Below are positions 11,610 through 24,397 of a DNA stretch of 64,000 bases, in pieces (within the stretch, counting starts at the first letter, position 1; every line of letters starts with the position of its first letter). The notes under the pieces were generated by a model. It was not told where the DNA came from and made no database searches. It worked only from the letters and a program-made list of their open reading frames with translations. Position numbers and translations under genes: made by a program. The DNA lies in NCBI RefSeq assembly GCF_020745735.1, contig NC_083408.1:75236484-75300483 (forward strand), in the 5' to 3' direction. Source of the stretch: Hemiscyllium ocellatum (lineage: Eukaryota).

Positions 11610-14600
11610 AGCCTCAAGTATTTATTGAAAAAAATCACCAGTTACAAAAACCTTTTTTTAAACTCACCATGTTAAACTTTTATTTATACCTTATTGGAAC
11701 ATGCATACAAATTAAATTCAAAAGGTTCTATAATCACTTGGAGAGTTATTCAAACTATGTAATTGTAGGCACCTGGCTGTGATAATATAAGGTTACACAA
11801 TCTGTCATGCAGCATGGCAGATAGTGTAAAATTGAGAGCAGTAACTCACTTGTTATAATTTTTTTAAAAATATTTAAAAGGCAAAAATTTTAAATGTCTT
11901 GATGGTTTGTTAGTTCTTTTTGATATTCAGCGTGATCGTTGATTTTGACAGTTGACTTTGATCGTTTTTTTTGACAATTTCTTTTGACAGTTCAGCTTGA
12001 CATTTGCTTCTAACAATGAAGGTAGTAGTTCAGTTTGATGGTTCCTTTTGACAGTTCAGCTTCACAGTTCCAATGTATTTATGCACTACGCACCATCTTA
12101 CCAACTTTTTAAAATCCCAAATGGCAACTTTCTGCTCTCAAAGAAAATCTAACCGTTACCAAATGTTTCCCAGAATTATATCCAACAAAGTACCTGATCT
12201 CCAAAGGGATACCCTGGCTATCCAAGCAAATTCACAAAGATCAGTCTTGTTCCATTTGGTCTAATCCATGCATATCCTGTTTTACACAATAATATCAGAC
12301 ATGGGTGGAGGGATCTGCTGATTTATTTGGACAGATGACTTTGCAAAATGCACATGATATGATGAAGATGGCAGAGGAAGCCTTTTTGAGATCAGGTTAT
12401 AGGTTTCTCTATAAATCAAGGGATATCACTGACAAGTAGCAGTCCAGTGGTCAGTCAAAAGGAAACCTTCTGAACTATGCAAGCTACCACAGCTACACAC
12501 AGAAGGGAAATGGTTTCTAATTGAAGAGAGAATCTGTCTAGCCTGTACTGATTCAAGGACATTTACCCCAGGGGAAAAAGAATCATCAGAACAGACTTTA
12601 CTACTGTTGATAGACTTAAGGAACTGTCTGAGAACTGAGGAACGCACCTGAAAATGTTCTCTTAAAGTTATTAGTCTACAAAACAGGTACAAGGGAACCC
12701 ATTGGCAGCTGGGAACAATTGTGGACTGTTTATGAAAAGGACTGTAATTCTGTAGAGAGTGCAATGGGTGTTAAGTATAAAAGTGGAACATTACTTTCTG
12801 AGGTTTAAGGTGTAAGTTGTCTACAAAACAAAATTAGGATTCACTCAATAGCGCTTTCAGGCATTTTGTAAAATTAAATTTTATAATGTGAAATCTTCTT
12901 TCATCATTCCTTTAGCTGATAACTGGAAGTTAAGTCTCTTTTTAAAATGTATCCATTTCTGTGGAGATCAGAATATTAGTAACAGTTTTAGTTGGAAGAA
13001 CAATCTTCTGTGACAAGCTGAGGGTTTAGCCCACGGAGTTTTCAAACTGGATGAACAGTCTAAGCAAGGCAACAGAACACTCTTCAACTGACATTTTGAG
13101 TTGAGGGCAGGAAATAGAAGTTGGAACTTCTGGGTTTGAAATCCACTGCAGGAAGAAATAGTCACTGAGCTGGGATTTTCATGGAGTTGAGATGCCCATA
13201 AGTTGGCATGGGGACCTGTTTCATGTCCAATAAACAGCTAGTTCTCAAAGCTGGTTCTCATGGCCTTCCAGCTCAAGAGAAGTGGAAGGTATCTGTAAAG
13301 GGGAAATAACCAAGAGGGAAATTTGACATGAACAAATATGCTCAGCAGCATTTTAAAATATCTAATAACTAAGCAGCCACTCCCCACCTTTGTGGAACAT
13401 GGAGGTAGTGTGTGATGTGGTAGAGTGGAGGAGATCCTCGAACAGGATCTGCTTACACCTGGACACAATTAAACATGTGAGCCTACCTGAATCAGTGAAT
13501 CCACCAAGCAGTTGAACAGCCCCAGATTGTGTTGTAAAACTACAGGCCTACTGTTTTTTTTTCAGGTGTCCTCTTTATAGGGCCTTCAACAAGGCTTTTA
13601 ATAAATCTCATTGGTTCACTGCCTCATGGTGCAGGTAGCCCTCTGCACCCTGAAGCTGGCCTAAAATGGCTGACAACAGAAAGTCACCAAACTGGCACAC
13701 CAACTGGTGCTGGTATTTCCATGCCTTCACCTGCCTCCAATCCTGAAAATGGTGGTGCCAAAAACCTCTGCCCTCTGTGGCTGGATCTGTGCACACAATC
13801 TTGAAAATTGCTTTAATACAGCAGATCACGATATATTGTTTGTAAACTTCATGTTCTCTCTTCATTTCCACTGAGAGAAAATTACTGGCAGCACAAACAC
13901 TGGAAAATGTTAATGGAACCTCAAGTCCTCACAAAAATATTGAACCTTTAGACCTGGATTTTCTGCTTGGCAGTCATCCCACCACAAAGATGCCTCTAAC
14001 CCTCACTAAACGTCTAGTTGCAGGGTAATTTGATTGCAGTATTGGAGATATCTCTGATCTTTGATGAGGAATTTCAACTGACTGGATCAGGCAGAACAGA
14101 AGAAGCAAAGGAATTTCTACTTGAAGTTATTCTTCTGGTCAAAATTTTTCTCACTGTTGATAGGGCTGAGAATTATTTAATTAGCTGAACAACATTGAAG
14201 GACATCTCCATGAATGACTAAACACTGAGACCTAACTAACTCTTTACATCCAGCATTAAGTCAGGTTAACTGCTGAAAAATAAGTTTAGGACAACAATTC
14301 TCTTGTTTAAAGTTGCTTTGCCCACAAACACGGGGACAATGTATTTTAGACAATCCATTGTGCTCCCATTGTGAAATGGAAGGGAGCAGGATATGCCTCT
14401 AAGCCTTGTCTCAGTTTTGCTGGAATGTTGGCAGACATTAAAAAAAATCTGGCCCCTGAACTTTTTAATTTAGTAACCTTTCAAAGGAAAAGTTGTATAA
14501 ACAACACATTTGCAAAGTGTTGTATGTTTAAACAGATTGTTCTTATTAAAGCGGTTCATTTATTGTTCCAGAGATGGATAACCCTGCCCTTGTCACACAC

Positions 14601-14660
14601 ACTGGTTCACAAATACTACCCCAACTGGTTTTTAACTTCCAATTGACTCATATTTAGGTG

Positions 14661-14891
14661 TGATTTGGAGATGCCAGTGTTGTACGAAGTTAAAAATCAC
14701 ACAACACCAGGTTATAATCCAACAGGTTTAATTGGAAGCACTAGCTCTCAGAGCGTCACTCCTTCATCAGGTGGTAGTGGAGGGCTCAATCATAACACAC
14801 AGAATTTATAGCAAAACTTTACAGTGTGATGTAACTGAAATTATACATTGAAAAATTGATTGTCTGTTAAACCTTTCATCTGTTAGGTGAT
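14661..14891 (-). mobile_element. PLE-derived short element, third group, with degenerate hammerhead at 14739-14773
   Basis: TSD tatttaggtg at 14651-14660 and 14892-14901; minus strand CAC-CTGATGA-AGGAGTGACGCTCT-GAGAGCTA-GTG. Confidence 0.72.
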
Positions 14892-14960
14892 TATTTAGGT
14901 GACTGGACTCGTGCTAATCTTGATTAATAATTGTTACTTTTGCCCACAATCCTTATTTCA

Positions 14961-15040
14961 CAACTAGGCAAAAGTCAACTTTCCTACTCCTCAGATGCTG
15001 GCTGACCTGCTGTGCTTTTCCAGCACCACTCCACCTAGAC
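14961..15040 (+). mobile_element. 80-bp PLE tail-only insertion
   Basis: TSD ccttatttca at 14951-14960 and 15041-15050; agatgctg..tgctgtgcttttccagcaccac tail sequence. Confidence 0.65.
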
Positions 15041-15481
15041 CCTTATTTCAGAACACTGCCCAAAACAGTTGTGTGGCCACCAGTTGTATCTCCCCCATGT
15101 TTAGTTACATTTGTAACTCTCTCATATGATAAGTACAGATTACTGCTTATTTGTATGCCTACAATAAACAAAAATCCAATTCCTTAATTTATTCTCTAAT
15201 CGCTTAATTCATTGACTTTAAACACAGCTAAAGCAAAATTATTTCCAAATCCTTTCATGTGCTGCCTCTACATCTCAATCACAGTAACCCAGTCTTCCCT
15301 CATTCCTTCTTCATCACCAATCCACTAATGCAAGCAAAGAATAGGAGAACAGATCTGCAGAAGAATTGGGAAAAAAGTTGACTTTGATACACAGGAAGCT
15401 GAATTCCCAATATGATTCTCTGTTTATCCATTGTAACTAAGACCCACAGATTCTCTGGACAAGAGGCATCACCTTTTCCAG

Positions 15482-16038
15482 ATAAAAACAATGACTTCAG
15501 ATGCTGGAAACCAGATTCTGGATCAGTGGTGCTGGAAGAGCACAGCAGTTCAGGCAGCATCCAACGAGCAGCGAAATCGACGTTTCGGGCAAAAGCCCTT
15601 CATCAGGAATAAAGGCAGTGAGCTGGAAGCGTGGAGAGATAAGCTAGAGGAGGGTGGGGTGGGGAGAGAGTAGCATAGAGTACAATGGGTGAGTGGGGGA
15701 GGAGATGAAGGTGATAGGTCAGGGAGGAGAGGGTGGAGTGGATAGGTGGAAAAGAAGATAGGCAGGTCAGACAAGTCCGGGCAAGTCATGGGGACAGTGC
15801 TGAACTGGAAGTTTGAAACTAGGATGAGGTGGGGGAGGGGGAAATGAGGAAGCTGTTGAAGTCCACATTGATGCCCTGGGGTTGAAGTGTTCCGAGGTGG
15901 AAGATGAGGCGTTCTTCCTCCAGACGTCTGGTGGTGAGGGAGCGGCGGTGAAGGAGGCCCAGGACCTCCAAGTCCTCGGCATTTCGTTGCTCGTGGATGC
16001 TGCCTGAACTGCTGTGCTCTTCCAGCACCACTGATCCA
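15482..16038 (-). mobile_element. PLE 3' fragment (GIY-YIG C-terminus, pLTR, hammerhead 15575-15610 with intact core) with inverted 5' arm
   Basis: Perfect 16-bp TSD gcatcaccttttccag at 15466-15481 and 16039-16054; RRLEEERLIFHLGTLQPQGIN; inverted arm 15981-16039. Confidence 0.9.
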
Positions 16039-16545
16039 GCATCACCTTTTCCAGTCTTGCTATAGATCTTTGACTAAAATTAAGCAATTGAGCAGGACTA
16101 CCTCCACAGAAATTCACAACAATGATTCTCTTGATATGAAATCTAGGTTTGCGGAGCCTAAAGGGATTTATTACATTCCAACTGAAGAAACTCATGATTA
16201 GTAATTAACTCATTGTTGTCTTCTTCATTGACCAGATATCATTTCTTGTATTTTTAAAAACTGTTGTCCTCAAAAAGTCTCCACTTGTCACATCATCTTC
16301 TTCAACACCACCCAATTTTAAACTTGCTTTGTTCCTCAAGTCCTTGAATATATTGTCCCATCTCAGCTCCATATTAAATTCTCACCAAACCATTTTTTCT
16401 GCATCTAAGCCTGTCAGCTTGCCTTCAATCCTTTCTCAGTGTAAATAATTTTGTTCAAACTCAGCTGAATGGGACTTGACTGGCAACGACTACATTTGCA
16501 CATTATTACCAGCTCTGGTGAGCTACATTGACTTCACAGATCTCA

Positions 16546-16743
16546 TGATTTGGGTTGCCGGCGTTTGACTGGGGTATACAAAGTTAAAAATCACAACACC
16601 AGGTTATAAGTCCAACAGGTTTAATTGGAAGCACACTAGCTTTTGGAGCGATTGGACCTGATGAAGGAGTGGCGCTCTGAAAGCTAATGTGCTTCAAATT
16701 AAACCTGTTGGACTATAACCTGGTGTTGTATGATTTTTAACTT
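16546..16743 (-). mobile_element. Fold-back PLE mini-element (same group as 14661-14891) with hammerhead at 16656-16689 on the + strand
   Basis: TSD ttcacagatctca at 16533-16545 and 16744-16756; CTGATGA-AGGAGTGGCGCTCT-GAA-AGCT-A; inverted arms starting at 16580 and ending at 16744. Confidence 0.82.
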
Positions 16744-19700
16744 TTCACAGATCTCACTATTGTCTTTAAACCCTTTTGTGACCTTACGTCACCCAAACTC
16801 TGAGGCTTCCTCAAGCCAAACACCTCATCTTGATCTCGTTCCATGTTGTGCATTTTTCCTTGTTTCAACCCATCATTAAGAATAAGACTTTCAACTTTTT
16901 GTCATTAATTACTGGAATTCCTTTTCCAAATTCATCTGTCTTGCTATTTATCTTTTAACCTTTATAAATCTTCTCAAATGACTTTCAATGGTGGTGACAG
17001 CTCCTTGTTTGCACATCATGGCCTGTTGTACATTCCTTTGTTTTAACCATCCTCCTGCCTATAAAACCATAACATTGCTTTTTTTCTTATTTTTGCATTA
17101 ATTTAAATTGATGATGGTGCTTTGATATTAAAATTGGTTCATACAGAGCTCAATTTCTAGGAATTCAAAACTGCCAGATTAGATTGAACTAATTATAGCT
17201 ATCCACCCTCTTCTACAGCTATTTATAAGGCAGTAGTCTCAGCAAAATGGAAAAGTAATTCCATAACTGACACTGAAAGAGTGAAAGTGACAGTTTCGAT
17301 TGGTGGCTTCATGAATCAATCGTCAACAAAGGTAACAGTGGAACGTAAGGTTAAACTTTGGCTTCATCTCTGTGGAAAAAATGATTGTCCATTGCTGTTT
17401 TGAGTTGGGAAGAGTCAGTGAGCAGGATACCACAAGGGACTTCAAAGTCAGTGATAATGAAAACAGATGCAGGAAGGCAGTGATTTAATGCAATAATGGA
17501 AAAGTTGGAGTTTGACACAGTTTTTAAAAGACAAGACAGTAACAGAGAGATGAGGAAGGAAAATCCTGATAGATGGAAAAGATTAAGGTTCTGCTGTCAA
17601 CAAAAGACTGAAGGAGGTAGAGTTGGCAGGGGAAGGCAGTAGTGTGGGATGTGCAACAGTCCAGAGTCCAAGGTATTGAATTTATGAGGACAAAAGTAGG
17701 TAACAGGCTAGAAGAGATTGCAAAAACCAAGCAGCGCAAGACTGTGGAGGGAAAAAGAATGAACATGCAAAACCATGGAGGGTTTAATGATAAGGTCATA
17801 AACATTAAGTTGTCTTCTCAGATGGCAACCCCTAAGTCAGTGAGAAAGAACTACTGACTGACTGGAAACAGGACATGTTGCAACATTTAGATCAGCTGAG
17901 ATGTATTGTGAGTAGAGAAAGGATGGCAGAGTCCTGCAGTAGACCAGACTGGAATCCAAGAAAATGGGTATGTGGATTTCAGTAAAATTCTTTAATAAAC
18001 CAATCTTCAATTATTTCCACTTCCCCTGACCTATGGGGCAGCTCACGATGAAATTTAATGACAGACTGATCGATTGTTAGTGGTATTCTTTGAAGCATAT
18101 GTGAGTGATAATGCACCTGGCGATAAATTCTAACACTCATCTAAACCAGGTAATGTTAAAATTTTAAAGTATTGTTTAGCAGTCGGAAATTCAATTCACA
18201 TTTCATCTATCACTTTAACAGGATGGTTAAAATTTTAAAGATGCTTGAGGAAAAGGAGCAATTAAGCTAATTATTGGGAAATGGAATCAATTACTTTAGC
18301 CAGGCAATCATTATGTGGCTGATCTACCTGGATGGTTTAGTCACACTCAAGTAAGTCTTAATTTAACACCAGTCACTGAGATGCCATGATATCTAATTAT
18401 TCAAAATGCAGCAGCATTGAAAACAGGCAACTCTGATGTAATGAAGTGTGAGCAGCCATCATTCATCCAAACACGTGATTGATAGACATCTTTTCTATGC
18501 TTCACGTGATGAATGTTACAAAATTGTATTGCTCTGGATGCACATCCATAGTATAGATTGTAGATTGTGGTACTGTGCTTTTTCTACTGGTGGCAGGGAA
18601 GATATCTTCCACCAGTAAAATAAGATTTTCAAGAGCCTGGGAGAAATTGTGCCAAATTGATTGAGAAATTGTTTTCATTCCACATCTGTTGAAGGAATCA
18701 ATCTCAGTGTGCATATAAGACTAGTTTAGAGAATGAATAGAAAGTGGAGAGAGACTTTAAAATAAACACAGGAAGCATAATTGAGTAGAATAGGCCTACT
18801 TTATTGTAGAGCTAGAAAAATATTACAAATGAATAAGTTATTACTCATTATAAAAGTAGAATACATTTAATTGTAGTTATCCTCATTACTTTTAGATTGT
18901 ACAACTGTATAAATGATATGGACATGACACAAATAAGTGCAATTCCTACCAGTACATCATGTCTCTCAGTAAAAATATTTAAAGTAAAGCAACAGTTTTG
19001 CCCCCATATCAAAAACAACCAGCTCATGGTTTCTTGTTCATATTTTTAATGTCAATAAAATTAGCTGGTAGGGTTTTGAATGTCATGTCCATTGAATGGT
19101 GTTCCACCATTTAAATATTTATTGGTCCCATGGAAAGGTTTCAGTTTTCTCTAAAAACTGAGTGACTGCACCTCAAACATAAAGGAGGGTTACTAGTATT
19201 ACAGCAATCGATTAACAAGAGAACCCATATGCTCTATTAACTCTGGCCAAACTAAATATTTCCACATTAATCACAGCAATATACAATGTGTGCCTTAGAT
19301 GACACTCTTTGACAAGTAAAATAGCCCAATTCAGCAGCCAAATGCTGTTCCCAGCATTTCATCTTGCTATCTTCAAATCAGGCAATCATCTATTATTTTT
19401 AATCAACCTGTACCAGTTCCTGTTCCTACTCTAGGACAGTCAGAACTTAAACTCAGTTTTTCTGCTCCAGAGATAAGCACACAGCCACTGCATCACAATT
19501 TCCCTAATGACAAGCAATCATCTAAATCATTCAAAAACACTAACCAGTTTACCATTTTCATTACACTTAATTATTAAGTTGCTGCTAGCCACATGTCATG
19601 TACTCCATCTACTTTGGGTACTAACAGGTGTTCATTGGGTAGCTCACACCTCATTAAGTTGCAATTCCCTTCGATACTTAATCTCTTCTAAATGGTGTTG

Positions 19701-20009
19701 GGTTACTGCTTGCACTGCTCAGCACTGACTACAATAATAAACATGTTCAAAAAGTAAATAGCACCTCATTAAGATCCAATTACTTTGTGTGCTTAATCCT
19801 CTCTAAATAGTGTGGGGTTACAGCTTCGATACTGAATTGCTACAGTCTTTGTTTAGTAATGTCATATCTTTAGTCTATCCAATGCAGAGAAGGACAAAGC
19901 CAAACTGTTAATACACTGGAACATGACATGGTTAATTAATTCTTCTTACGTTTTTTCACATGAGGAACTGAGGCACCTCCAGCTGAATCAGTGTTGGGTC
20001 AGATAATAA

Positions 20010-20384
20010 GAATTGTAGAATCCCTATAGTGTGGAAGCAGGCAATTTAGCCCATTGACTCCACAGCAACCCTCCAAAGAGGATCCCACCATAGTCTCTCT
20101 TCTCCGCCCCCCATCTCCCCATCTTATGTCTGTTATCCTGCATTTCCCATACCTAATCCACCTATCCTGGGCATCACTGGATACTTTGGAGCATTCTAGC
20201 ATGGACAATTCACCTAACCTGCACATCTTTGGACTATTGGAGGAAACCAGAGCACTTGGAGAAAACCCACACAGACACAGGGAGAATGTGCAAGCTCCAT
20301 ACAGACAGTCACCCAAGGGTGGAATTTAACCCAGGTCCCTGGCACCATGAGATAGCAATGCTAACCACTCTGCCACTGCGCCAC
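20010..20384 (-). mobile_element. V-SINE (HE1-like), diverged
   Basis: Similar to 8770-9078 (ctgcacatctttggact..gaaaccagagcac..gctaaccact). Confidence 0.8.
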
Positions 20385-20439
20385 CCAATTTCAAAAGTTA
20401 GAACCAAAAGAATTGAAAAATGTATCCACTCAACTCCAA

Positions 20440-20760
20440 ATCATGGATGTCATTAGGCAAGTATTCTGGAGACCTAAGCTATGCTCCAGAAATGGGTTCA
20501 AATCTCACCAAGGCAGCTGGTCGAATTTAAGTTCAATCATTAAGTCCAGATTTAAAAATCTCGTCTCAGTAACAGTGACCATGTTATTTTCAATTGTAAA
20601 AAAAAGGGAAAGAAATCCACTATCCTGACCCAAGTGTGGCCTATCTTATTCCAGAACCACAGCAACATCATACCCTTTCAGTGCTCTCAAGGGTGAATGG
20701 GGATGGGCAATAAAAGCTACTTCATTGGTAAGGTCCATAATTCATGAAAGATTGTTAAAA
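20440..20760 (+). mobile_element. Old tRNA-derived SINE of a second family (related copy at ~39453-39830)
   Basis: gggttcaaatctcaccaaggcagctgg..gtgaccatg..ggatgggcaataaa; the head motifs are shared with the copy at 39.5-39.8 kb. Confidence 0.55.
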
Positions 20761-20949
20761 CGTCCCTATTCTTGATGAATAGTTTTCAAACAGCGCCATT
20801 CCAGGAGGGGTCTTTGAGCAGTAGTATATATTGGAAACTTCTTGACAAACATTGCACATGATTTTCAATTATTCCTTTAATGGTTGGTAAATCATGACTA
20901 GCACATTCCTGACAGGTGAGGTACACAGCGGACAGTGCAAATTATTTAA

Positions 20950-21290
20950 CAGAATCTCTACAGTGTGGTAGCAGGCCATTCAGCCCATCCAGTCCACAAT
21001 GACCCTCTGACTCAGGCACATACCCCTAATCTATCCCTATAACCCTACATTTCCTATGGCTAACCCACCTAGCCTGCACATCCCTGGACACTATGGATAA
21101 TTTTGCATGGCCAATTCACCTAACCTGCACATCTTTGGACTGTAGCAAGAAACCGGAGCACCTGGAGGAAACCCACGCAGGTCAAGGGAGAATGTGTAAT
21201 GTGCAAACTTCACACAGTCACCAGAAGGTGAAATTGAACTTGACTCCCTGGCACTACGAGGCAGCAGTGCTCAGCCCCCATGTTGCCCCC
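20950..21290 (-). mobile_element. V-SINE (HE1-like), diverged
   Basis: catggccaattcacctaacctgcacatctttggactg..gaaaccggagcacctggaggaaacccacgcag. Confidence 0.8.
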
Positions 21291-23039
21291 ATATATTTCA
21301 ATGCTGACTGATGGTTAATGGGCTAGATTTGCAACTTGCTGTTGTATTGTAAGATTGTAACAGCCAATGAGCTCCCTTATAATAACCACCATAAAACCTT
21401 TATTTTCATTGAAGTACACTCAGGTGAATAGCTGAAATTCGGTCCCAATGACTCCTTCACAGTTATGAATTCCTTGCTGTCGGGTAGAGTCTGGGAAGGA
21501 CAAATTCTTTTGCATTAAATAGTGTATAAATTGAAGAACAGCAACTCCTCTGTGGAGACAAAAGGGACAAGATACAAAACATTACTTATATGCAAATATC
21601 CTTTGAACTGAAGTAGTTCAAACACAGGTGAAGTGCAACATCTTTTTGCAAATTTAGAAACAACATTAAACATTGTTCTTGATAAATATAAATGCACACA
21701 ATTGTGTAGGAGAAATAATAATTCAAAACTCACCAGATTGTCTGGTGCTCCAAGATTGGTACTTTCCCTTTAGAATGATTTTGAAGATTGTTGTGTCTCT
21801 TCCATTTCTTCTGGAGCATAGCACCTCAACAGTGTTCTTTCAACCTTTGAACAATTTTTTCTCACAAGCCTTTTGAGGTCACTGATTCGCTTATGACAAG
21901 GTTGCGGTGTTGCCAACTTTTCAGTGGATATTGGGACTGAAGTGACTGCTCCAAAGAAAGCATCTTGATGTTTGTAAACTATTGATGAGAATAATAACTC
22001 TCTTGGTGAAACATGGCCATTGCTGTCTCCTGCTGAACTCCACTCTGCATAATCAGCATCAACTTATGATGTTACTTTTATTTTGCATTCATTATATAAT
22101 ATATTAATGAGGTTATCAACTGGTTTCTGATAGGGATTTCAAGTGACTATTAGCAGTAAATTAGGCACAGACTTTCAAGAATTGGTTGCCCACAATCATG
22201 GAAAATAAATGTGGCTATTATTACCACAACAATAGCATATCTACTCTATGTGAGGTTCTCTCATAAGCAATGTTGAGGTGACCTGGTACATATAGTTCCA
22301 TCCGTCTACATGGATGTATTCCTGACCCAGTACACTGGTTTCTGTTCCATTCAAAATGCTTATTGGTGCCTTGCTGCCACATGCATTCTTGTAAAGTCTT
22401 GACTCAATGTACAAAATAAACTCTGTTGCTGCCATTTACTCATAAAGTGTTTCTAAAAACATTTCTCCTAAAAAAAATGTAAATTTGCTCTGAAGCTCTT
22501 AGTAACAGTGATTGCCAAAGATGCAGAGGTATCCCTCACACCTATCATTACCAAGTCATAATATTCCCCCTCAAACAGGTGCAGCCATATTTAATCCTCA
22601 ATTTAATCAAAATTTCCAATGGACATAATAAGGGTTAAGAACAAGAGGTCACTCAGCAACAAACCAAATTCTGATCTTGCCCATTCACAATATTTTATGT
22701 TTCTGCTCTCAGAGCTATAGATTTTGTAGTTCACTTGAGAGATAGCTACTTGTTGACAATTAATTATCCAGCTAAGACTCACTGTGAAGATTTGAAAATG
22801 AATGCTGATGCTTGGCATAATACTGGCATGCTTGAAACTCCAAACCAGATGCCTTTGACAAGAATTTATGCCAAGGAGTGATGTGCGGATGAATTGAGAG
22901 ACACTGAATTTCTGAAGGAAAGCCAGGAATGGGAAAACCAGCTGCCCCGTGGGTAACAATAGGCTGGAGGCAGGATTTCCAGCCTTCAGCAACAGCTGTG
23001 CAGTTTAGTCACTCTACTTAATGATGGGTATTCTTGCAC

Positions 23040-23495
23040 TGTAAATCCAGGGAAGATTCACCAGGCTGATTCCTGGGATGAGAGATTATTTGTACCAGAA
23101 AAGGTTAAGCAAGTATACCTACATTCTTTGGAATTTGGAAGACTGAAAAGTCATTTTATTGAAACATAAAAGATTCTGAGGTATTTTGACAGGGTAGGTA
23201 CCAAGATAGTATTTCCCATTGTACAGGAAACATGAAGAACTAAGAATACACAGTTTTAAAATAAAGGGTCTCCTACTGAAGATGAAAAGGGTAATTTCTG
23301 TTTGGAATTACCTTGCCACAGCAAATCCTGGAGGTTGGGGCATTAAATACATTCAAGGCTGAGTTAGTGAGAATTTTGATTTATAAAGGACCAAGAATCA
23401 TATGAATACCAACAAAATACAGTTAAAGTCATGCTCAGAGCATCTACGCTAGAGTAAAATCAAGGAGCCAATTGGACTAATCCTGCTTTTGTTGC
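23040..23495 (+). mobile_element. Highly decayed CR1 3' fragment
   Basis: gaagattcaccaggctgattcctgggatg (RFTRLIPGM) and downstream CR1-like motifs. Confidence 0.6.
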
Positions 23496-24397
23496 TTACG
23501 TTACATTCTTCGACAGGTGCCAGCCAATGAGCAACAGGCACGTCCAACCCTGGATCAGGATTTAGGTAAATATACGGGGACCTTGCTGAATGCCAAGTTT
23601 AAAGGCCACAAAGAGAAGATAGGGGATTGGGAGGCAAAGGCAGGAGGACAGCACCTCCAATACCCTCAAGAGATCATTAAAGTGGGAGCTTCTCCACGTC
23701 CCTCCAGACACCAACATATGCAGAACAACCTGCCAGGCTGAGTAAAGGCACTGGTCTTTCCCACTGTGTATTCAATTCCAGAGGCACCACAGGCATTAAT
23801 TACCCAAATAAAGATCTCAATTGGCCCACTGCTAGGCAGGTGACACCATGTCACCCCAGCCACTGGGACATTTGTGGTGGGGACAGGGATGGGCAGGTGG
23901 ATAGTGGGCAGGCCATCCATTGGATTTAACAAGACCCTCTCTTCACTGAGGGGGCGGCGGGGGGGGTTGGGGATAGAGGGTAAAATGCAGCCATAGACTG
24001 AGGCTTACAAATAACTGGCAAAAGGTTTTCACTTTATGTAATTCAATTTCTAGTGAATAGTTGATAGTCAGATTCATGGGAAGATGAATAACTAGTATCA
24101 GTTCCATTTGTGGTTACCAAGAAAGTAAATTATTATATATACACCTTGAGTCATGCTTAGGACATAGTGACACTTGTAAATATTACACAGAAGATGATCA
24201 GGCAATATACCTTCACACAAAAGCTTCACTTTTCATTTTTCTTTGTAAGAGTGATTAGAGCTGGAAAATAAGTGCTGATGCCCAGATCCCATGAATAAAT
24301 AAAAAATATTTAATGTCATTTCTCCTCAGATATGTTCTCGCATTTTCTTCCTCAAAAATTGGAGCCAAATACTATAATAAATAAATTTCTAGCTTAC

